Assembly (NCBI RefSeq): GCF_001457615.1
Contig: NZ_LN831024.1
Location: forward strand, 4,230,001-4,262,000
Direction: 5' to 3'
Source of the DNA: Pseudomonas aeruginosa
GTDB lineage: Bacteria > Pseudomonadota > Gammaproteobacteria > Pseudomonadales > Pseudomonadaceae
DNA: 32,000 nucleotides
Below are positions 26,164 to 32,000 of this stretch, one piece after another (positions within the stretch are counted from its first letter, which is position 1; every line of letters begins with the position of its first letter). Position numbers and translations under genes: made by a program. The notes beneath the pieces were generated by a model. The model had not been told where the DNA came from. It searched no databases and saw only the letters and a program-made list of their open reading frames with translations.

Positions 26164-26835
26164 TCATTGATGGCTAACGCGCAGCTCGCTGAACGTCGCC
26201 CGCCCGCCCTCGCTGGACGGTCCGCGGTTGTCCTGCAGGTAGAGTCCGGCCTTGAAATAAAGGCCCTGGTAGGCCCACTGCGGGTCCAGTTGCTGCTCCA
26301 GGGCGCTGCCATTCACCGACACGCTGAGCAATCCGCTGCGAGACACGCCGATGCGGTAGCTGAACGACTGGCCGAGAGGAATCCCGTCCATCAGCGTGTA
26401 GGCCCTGGTCCCGCCGTCGTCCGGCCGCTCGCGGACCAGCGCCTGGACCCGCCCCTGGTCGAGCCGCAACTGGTAGAGCAGCTTCACCAGAGGCGCGGCC
26501 TGGCCGCTATTGCTGCCATCGCTGTGGATCTGGCCGATGATCATGCGCCGGGTCGAGGGCACCGCCTCGATGCGCAGGGTCGCCTCCAGCCAGTTGTCGG
26601 CCCTGGCGTAACGCCAGTTGTAGGGCCTGCCGCTGGACAGGGTCTCGCGCAACTCGCTGCGCGGAAACTCGCTGTTGCGCGTGTGGCTGCCGTTGACCGG
26701 CACCCAGAAGCGAATGCCGTCGGCGGTGCGTTGGAAATAGTCGCTGCGGTAGTCGCGCTGCAATTGGCTGGTGGAGATGGTGATGGCCGGGCGGCCCTGG
26801 GGAATGGTCAGGTTCCAGGTACTCAGGTCAGGCAT
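26164..26835 (-). CDS. Polysaccharide lyase family 7 alginate (poly-guluronate) lyase
   Basis: 223 aa. RSELRE...QIHD-like (IGQIHSDGS) and YFKAGLYLQ motifs are typical of the PL7 jelly-roll fold. No signal peptide is visible. Confidence 0.85.
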   Translation of the reverse strand: MPDLSTWNLTIPQGRPAITISTSQLQRDYRSDYFQRTADGIRFWVPVNGSHTRNSEFPRSELRETLSSGRPYNWRYARADNWLEATLRIEAVPSTRRMIIGQIHSDGSNSGQAAPLVKLLYQLRLDQGRVQALVRERPDDGGTRAYTLMDGIPLGQSFSYRIGVSRSGLLSVSVNGSALEQQLDPQWAYQGLYFKAGLYLQDNRGPSSEGGRATFSELRVSHQ

Positions 26836-27010
26836 CCAGACGGTGTCCTAGCGAGGGGAAGGGACTCGCCCATAGGGTAGATGAGCGGCGCACCCTTTGC
26901 CTGGCCGAATGGCCCGCGTTTGAGCGGCGCAAGGCCGGCACCGAGGGTTTTCCCCGCGTCCCGCGCACAAGCGTCTATCTTGATCGGGGACCCTTTCACG
27001 GAGAGATGCC

Positions 27011-27799
27011 ATGCGCCTGCTCTGCGCCCTGCTGCTCATCGCCTGCGCCGCCAGCGCCCAGGCCGCTATCCAGACCCGCGAGATGCCTTACCGGAGCGCA
27101 GACGGCACGCGCATGGTCGGCTATTTCGCCTACGACGACAGCAAGCCGGGGATCCGCCCCGGGGTCATCGTGGTCCACGAATGGTGGGGGCTCAACGACT
27201 ATGCCAAGCGCCGCGCCCGCGACCTCGCCGAACTCGGCTACAGCGCCCTGGCCATCGACATGTACGGCGAAGGCAAGCACACCGAGCACCCGCAGGACGC
27301 GATGGCCTTCATGCAGGCCGCGACCCGGGATGCCGACGCCGCCAAGGCGCGCTTCCTCGCCGGCCTGGAACTGCTGAAGCGGCAACCGCAGACCGATCCC
27401 AGCCAGATCGCCGCGATCGGCTACTGCTTCGGCGGCAAGATCGTCCTCGACATGGCCCGCCAGGGCCTGCCGCTGGCCGGCGTGGCGAGCTTCCACGGCG
27501 CCCTCGGCACCGCCACCCCGGCCAGCAAGGGCAGCGTCAAGGCGAAGATCCTGGTGGAGCACGGCAGTGCCGACAGCCTGGTCCCGGCCAAGGACCTCGA
27601 CGCCCTGAAACAGGAACTGAGCGCCGCCGGCGCCGACTACCGGGTGGTGATCCAGGACGGCGCCAAACACGGCTTCACCAACCCCGACGCCGACGCGCAC
27701 AAGGGCCACGGCCTGGACATCGGCTACGACCGCCAGGCCGACCGACGCTCCTGGGCAGACCTGCAGGCGTTCCTCAAGGACATCTTCGGGCAGGGTTGA
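27011..27799 (+). CDS. Dienelactone hydrolase-family protein, secreted/periplasmic
   Basis: 262 aa with a signal peptide (MRLLCALLLIACAASAQA). Contains DLH-fold motifs (VVHEWWGLNDY, GYCFGG nucleophile elbow). Confidence 0.85.
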   Translation: MRLLCALLLIACAASAQAAIQTREMPYRSADGTRMVGYFAYDDSKPGIRPGVIVVHEWWGLNDYAKRRARDLAELGYSALAIDMYGEGKHTEHPQDAMAFMQAATRDADAAKARFLAGLELLKRQPQTDPSQIAAIGYCFGGKIVLDMARQGLPLAGVASFHGALGTATPASKGSVKAKILVEHGSADSLVPAKDLDALKQELSAAGADYRVVIQDGAKHGFTNPDADAHKGHGLDIGYDRQADRRSWADLQAFLKDIFGQG

Positions 27800-27822
27800 A
27801 CCCTGCGCCGACGCATAAAAAA

Positions 27823-27852
27823 ACGGGAGTCCCCGGAGGGACTCCCGTCTTG
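27823..27852 (+). terminator. Rho-independent terminator of the dienelactone hydrolase gene
   Basis: ACGGGAGTCCC-cgga-GGGACTCCCGT forms a perfect 11-bp stem, preceded by an A7 run and followed by CTTG. Confidence 0.8.
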
Positions 27853-27937
27853 AAAGGTCGAGACAGGACAGTATCCCGTCATCAACAAACAACCTCACCT
27901 GCATTCCACTGGAATGCGCGGCGCAGTCTGTCAAAAC

Positions 27938-27966
27938 CGGGCCTTGCGGTCCGTTTTCCTTTGTTG
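27938..27966 (+). terminator. Second terminator-like hairpin about 90 nt after the first
   Basis: CGGGCC-ttgc-GGTCCG (6 bp including one G.U pair), flanked by AAAAC on the 5' side and TTTTCCTTTGTT on the 3' side. Confidence 0.4.
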
Positions 27967-28026
27967 CGCTTTTGCAATCTTGTGTAAGCGTCGCGTGACT
28001 GGTGGGCCACGTCGGGAACCGGCACA

Positions 28027-28755
28027 ATGCGCGCCATGAACGACCGTCTCCCCTCCTTCTGCACCCCGCTGGACGACCGCTGGCCGCTGCCCGTCGCGCT
28101 GCCCGGCGTGCAACTGCGCAGCACCCGCTTCGACCCGGCGCTGCTGCAACCCGGCGACTTCGCCCTGGCCGGGATCCAGCCGCCGGCGAACATCCTCCGC
28201 GCGGTGGCCAAGCGCCAGGCCGAGTTCCTCGCCGGGCGCCTCTGCGCACGCGCCGCCCTGTTCGCCCTCGATGGCCGCGCCCAGACGCCGGCCGTCGGCG
28301 AGGACCGCGCACCGGTCTGGCCGGCCGCGATCAGCGGCTCGATCACCCATGGCGACCGCTGGGCCGCCGCCCTGGTGGCGGCGCGCGGCGACTGGCGCGG
28401 GCTCGGCCTGGACGTGGAAACCCTGCTCGAAGCCGAGCGGGCGCGCTACCTGCATGGCGAGATCCTCACCGAAGGCGAGCGCCTGCGCTTCGCCGACGAC
28501 CTGGAGCGACGCACCGGCCTGCTGGTGACCCTGGCGTTCTCGCTGAAGGAAAGCCTGTTCAAGGCGCTCTATCCGCTGGTGGGCAAGCGCTTCTACTTCG
28601 AACATGCGGAACTGCTGGAATGGCGCGCCGACGGCCAGGCCCGGTTGCGCCTGCTCACCGACCTGTCGCCGGAGTGGCGCCACGGCAGCGAGCTGGATGC
28701 CCAGTTCGCCGTGCTCGACGAACGCCTGCTCAGCCTGGTGGCGGTCGGCGCCTGA
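28027..28755 (+). CDS. pcpS: Sfp/EntD-type 4'-phosphopantetheinyl transferase PcpS
   Basis: 242 aa. PPTase motifs are present (GSITHGDRWAAALV, GLDVE, FSLKESLFKAL). The length matches what I recall for PcpS. Confidence 0.9.
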   Translation: MRAMNDRLPSFCTPLDDRWPLPVALPGVQLRSTRFDPALLQPGDFALAGIQPPANILRAVAKRQAEFLAGRLCARAALFALDGRAQTPAVGEDRAPVWPAAISGSITHGDRWAAALVAARGDWRGLGLDVETLLEAERARYLHGEILTEGERLRFADDLERRTGLLVTLAFSLKESLFKALYPLVGKRFYFEHAELLEWRADGQARLRLLTDLSPEWRHGSELDAQFAVLDERLLSLVAVGA

Positions 28756-29568
28756 TCAGGCGTTCCCCGGCGTGCGCCGCGACGGCCGCAGCGCGCGGCC
28801 TTCCGCCAGGCGCTCGACGGCGCGGGCGGCGGCGACCATGCCGAAGGTGGCGGTGACCATCATCACCGCGCCGAAGCCGCCGGCGCAGTCCAGCTTCACC
28901 CCTTCGCCGACGAAACTCTTCGATTGGCACACCGTGCCGTCCGGCTTCGGGTAGCGCAGCTGCTCGCTGGAGAACACGCAGGGCACGCTGTAGGTGCGCC
29001 CCGGCGTGCGCGAGAAGTTGTAGTCGCGGCGCAGGGTGGAACGCACCTTGGCCGCCAGCGGGTCGTTGAAGGTCTTGTTCAGGTCGGCGACCTGGATCTG
29101 CGTCGGGTCGACCTGGCCACCGGCGCCGCCGGTGGTGATCACCGGGATCTTGCGCCGCTTGCACCAGGCGATCAGCGCGGCCTTGGCGGCCACGCTGTCG
29201 ATGCAGTCGATCAGGTAGTCGAAGTCGACGATGTACTCGGCCATGGTCTCGCGGGTGACGAAATCGGCCACCGCGTGGACCCGGCAGGCCGGGTTGATGG
29301 CCCGGATGCGCGCCGCCATCACCTCGACCTTGGCCTTGCCCACCGAGCCTTCGATGGCATGCACCTGGCGGTTGGTGTTGGTCACGCAGACATCATCGAG
29401 GTCGAACAGGGAAATCTCGCCGACGCCGCTGCGGGCCAGCGCTTCCGCCGCCCAGGAACCGACCCCGCCGATGCCGACCACCGCGACGTGGCTATCGGCC
29501 AGGCGTTGCAGCCCCTCGCGACCGTACAACCGGCCGATACCGCCGAAGCGCTGTTCATCCACCTGCAT
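28756..29568 (-). CDS. tcdA: tRNA threonylcarbamoyladenosine dehydratase (ThiF/E1-like, TcdA/CsdL)
   Basis: Start taken at ATG 29568 (GAGGTG SD 7 nt upstream); TTG and GVG alternatives lie 3-6 nt further up. 270 aa with the ThiF Rossmann motif VAVVGIGGVGSWAAEALARSGVGEISLFDLDDV. Confidence 0.85.
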   Translation of the reverse strand: MQVDEQRFGGIGRLYGREGLQRLADSHVAVVGIGGVGSWAAEALARSGVGEISLFDLDDVCVTNTNRQVHAIEGSVGKAKVEVMAARIRAINPACRVHAVADFVTRETMAEYIVDFDYLIDCIDSVAAKAALIAWCKRRKIPVITTGGAGGQVDPTQIQVADLNKTFNDPLAAKVRSTLRRDYNFSRTPGRTYSVPCVFSSEQLRYPKPDGTVCQSKSFVGEGVKLDCAGGFGAVMMVTATFGMVAAARAVERLAEGRALRPSRRTPGNA

Positions 29569-29778
29569 CACCAACCACCTCTGAAACCGAATCGCGGATT
29601 GCCGCGCGCATTATAAAAAGCCGCGGCCGCCGCGTCGCCTGCGTTCTTACGGCTCGTCGCGCAGGCCGGACTAGACTTGCAACAGACCCGCCGGCCCGGC
29701 GCCTGTACACCCCGGGGGTGCGGGGTAGCATGCGCCGCCCCGTGTTCAGCGAAACATCCGGAACCTGGTTTCATCTCT

Positions 29779-32000
29779 ATGTCTTCACGCAAGATCGGGC
29801 TCAACCTGGTGGTCATCGTCGCCCTGGCCGCCCTCTTCACCGGCATCTGGGCCCTGTACAACCGTCCGGTCAGCGTACCGGACTGGCCGGAACGCATCTC
29901 CGGCTTCTCCTTCTCGCCGTTCCGCCTCAACCAGAACCCGCAGAGCGGCCGCTACCCCAGCGCCGAACAGATGCGCGCCGACCTGGAACTGGTCGCCCGG
30001 CACACCCACAGCATCCGCACCTATTCGGTCCAGGGCGCGCTCGGCGACATCCCGGCGCTGGCCGAGGCGTTCGGCCTGCGCGTCAGCCTGGGCATCTGGC
30101 TCGGCCCGGACCTGGCCGGCAACGAGGCCGAGATCGCCCGCGCCATCCGCATCGCCAACGAGTCGCCGAGCGTGGTGCGAGTGATAGTCGGCAACGAGGC
30201 GCTGTTCCGCCGCGAGGTGACGGCGGAACAGTTGATCGCCTACCTCGACCGGGTCCGCGCGGCGGTCAAGGTTCCGGTGACCACCGCCGAACAGTGGCAC
30301 GTCTACCGCGAACACCCGGAACTGGCGCAACACGTCGACCTGATCGCCGCCCACGTCCTGCCCTACTGGGAGGCTACGCCGGTGGCCGACGCGGTGGACT
30401 TCGTGCTCGAACGCGCGCGCGAACTCAAGGCCGCCTTCCCGAGGAAGCCGCTGCTGCTCGCCGAGGTCGGCTGGCCGAGCAACGGGCGCATGCGCGGCAG
30501 CGCCGAGGCGACACCCGCGGACCAGGCCATCTACCTGCGGCGCCTGACCAACGCGCTCAACGGCGAAGGCTACAGCTACTTCGTCATCGAAGCCTTCGAC
30601 CAGCCCTGGAAGGTCAGCGCCGAAGGCTCGGTGGGCGCCTACTGGGGCGTCTACAACGCCGACCGCAAGGCCAAGTTCAACTTCACCGGGCCGGTGGTGC
30701 CGATTCCCAAGTGGCGCGCCCTGGCCATCGCCTCGGCGGTACTCGCGGTACTCGCCTTCACCCTGCTGCTGATCGACAGTTCCTCGCTGCGCCAGCGCGG
30801 GAGGACCTTCCTCGCCGTGGTCTCGTTCGCCTGCGCCTCGGTGCTGGTGTGGATCGCCTACGACTACAGCCAGCAGTACAGCACCTGGTTCAGCCTGACC
30901 GTCGGCGCGTTGCTGGGCGTCGGCGCGCTGGGGGTGGTCATCGTGCTGTTCACCGAGGCCCACGAGCTGGCCGAGGCGGTCTGGACGCGCAAGCGGCGCC
31001 GCCCATTCCTGCCGATCACCGCCGCGCAGGCCTATCGGCCCAAGGTGTCGATCCACGTGCCCTGCTACAACGAGCCGCCGGAACTGCTGAAGCAGACCCT
31101 CGACGCCCTTGCCCGCCTCGACTACCCGGACTACGAAGTCCTGGTGATCGACAACAACACCCGCGACCCGGCCGTCTGGCAGCCGGTCGAGGCGCACTGC
31201 GCGCGCCTGGGCGAGCGCTTCCGCTTCTTCCACGTCGCCCCGCTGGAAGGCTTCAAGGCCGGCGCGCTGAACTTCGCCCTGGGCCACGTGGCGGCGGACG
31301 TCGAGGTGGTCGCGGTGATCGACGCCGACTACTGCGTCGACCCCGACTGGCTCAGGCACATGGTGCCGCACTTCGGCGACCCGCGGATCGCCGTGGTGCA
31401 GTCGCCGCAGGACTACCGCGACCAGCACGAGAGCGCCTTCAAGCGGCTCTGCTACGCCGAGTACAAGGGCTTCTTCCACATCGGCATGGTCACCCGCAAC
31501 GACCGCGACGCGATCATCGAGCACGGCACCATGACCATGATCCGGCGCAGCGTGCTGGACGAGCTGAGATGGCCGGAATGGTGCATCACCGAGGACGCCG
31601 AGCTGGGCCTGCGGGTGTTCGAGAAGGGCCTGTCGGCCGCCTACTTCGAGCGCAGCTACGGCAAGGGGGTGATGCCCGATACCTTCATCGACTTCAAGAA
31701 GCAGCGCTTCCGCTGGGCCTACGGCGCGATCCAGATCATGAAGCGGCATACCGACGCCCTGCTGCGCGGCCGCGGTCCCGACGGCAGCCGCCTGACCCGC
31801 GGCCAGCGCTACCACTTCGTGGCCGGCTGGCTGCCGTGGATCGCCGACGGCCTGAACATCTTCTTCACCCTCGGCGCGCTGCTCTGGTCGGCGGCGATGA
31901 TCATCGTGCCCAAGCGCGTCGACCCGCCGCTGCTGATCTTCGCGATCCTGCCGCTGGCCCTGTTCGTCTTCAAGGTCGGCAAGATCCTCTTCCTCTACCG
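29779..32000 (+). CDS. ndvB: NdvB-like cyclic beta-(1,3)-glucan synthase (N-terminal GH17-like domain plus GT2 glycosyltransferase); 5' 740 codons, runs off the window
   Basis: This ORF is not in the supplied track because it has no stop within the window. ATG 29779 opens MSSRKIGLNLVVIVALAALF... followed by a GH17-like region (VIVGNEALFR, AEVGWPS), TM segments, then GT2 motifs (VSIHVPCYNEP, VIDNN, VIDADY, QSPQ, TEDAEL, QRFRWAYG). Confidence 0.9.
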   Translation, partial: MSSRKIGLNLVVIVALAALFTGIWALYNRPVSVPDWPERISGFSFSPFRLNQNPQSGRYPSAEQMRADLELVARHTHSIRTYSVQGALGDIPALAEAFGLRVSLGIWLGPDLAGNEAEIARAIRIANESPSVVRVIVGNEALFRREVTAEQLIAYLDRVRAAVKVPVTTAEQWHVYREHPELAQHVDLIAAHVLPYWEATPVADAVDFVLERARELKAAFPRKPLLLAEVGWPSNGRMRGSAEATPADQAIYLRRLTNALNGEGYSYFVIEAFDQPWKVSAEGSVGAYWGVYNADRKAKFNFTGPVVPIPKWRALAIASAVLAVLAFTLLLIDSSSLRQRGRTFLAVVSFACASVLVWIAYDYSQQYSTWFSLTVGALLGVGALGVVIVLFTEAHELAEAVWTRKRRRPFLPITAAQAYRPKVSIHVPCYNEPPELLKQTLDALARLDYPDYEVLVIDNNTRDPAVWQPVEAHCARLGERFRFFHVAPLEGFKAGALNFALGHVAADVEVVAVIDADYCVDPDWLRHMVPHFGDPRIAVVQSPQDYRDQHESAFKRLCYAEYKGFFHIGMVTRNDRDAIIEHGTMTMIRRSVLDELRWPEWCITEDAELGLRVFEKGLSAAYFERSYGKGVMPDTFIDFKKQRFRWAYGAIQIMKRHTDALLRGRGPDGSRLTRGQRYHFVAGWLPWIADGLNIFFTLGALLWSAAMIIVPKRVDPPLLIFAILPLALFVFKVGKILFLY

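Noticed and set aside
29785-31815. 676-aa minus-strand ORF, the only track ORF in this region
   Set aside because: It is antisense to the ndvB-like ORF, which is missing from the track only because it runs off the window without a stop. The plus-strand frame carries GH17 and GT2 motifs and the minus-strand frame carries none.
1-32000. CRISPR arrays, IS elements/transposases, integrases, tRNA/rRNA genes, phage or defence-system genes
   Set aside because: None were seen. There are no repeat-spacer periodicity, terminal inverted repeats flanking a transposase-like ORF, or tRNA-like cloverleaf candidates. The content is housekeeping and accessory metabolism typical of the core genome.

Overview
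The window reads as high-GC Pseudomonas aeruginosa core chromosome. From memory it matches roughly PA1191 down to PA1163 of PAO1, read in descending order; this was not checked against any database. I support 27 protein-coding genes, and no tRNA, rRNA, CRISPR array or IS element was seen.

Gene order, left to right:
- 3' end of a J-domain protein, a Yip1/YohC-type membrane protein, and sprT.
- A LysR-controlled, uncharacterised cluster on the minus strand: GST, luciferase-like monooxygenase, acyl-CoA dehydrogenase and family III CoA-transferase.
- dctA with a textbook sigma-54 promoter, then an AraC-family regulator.
- A 1120-aa MASE1-PAS-GGDEF-EAL protein.
- oprH-phoP-phoQ with four phased PhoP half-sites.
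- napEFDABC, sltB2-like lytic transglycosylase, and a TerC-family protein.
- The secreted lipoxygenase loxA, a 106-aa peptide gene, a PL7 alginate lyase, and a dienelactone hydrolase.
- pcpS, tcdA, and the first 740 codons of ndvB.

Most worth following up:
1. The small ORF just upstream of loxA has a canonical double-glycine (bacteriocin/microcin-type) leader. It sits in the only low-GC island of the window, with no exporter or immunity gene nearby.
2. napB is split by an apparent 1-nt frameshift.
3. The Yip1/YohC gene has its Shine-Dalgarno sequence and ATG out of frame with the conserved body, across a G4 run.
4. There is a possible small transcript or tandem terminator between the dienelactone hydrolase gene and pcpS.
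5. A structured dctA enhancer region lies upstream of the sigma-54 promoter.

The many long ORFs antisense to real genes are GC-driven shadow ORFs and were rejected.
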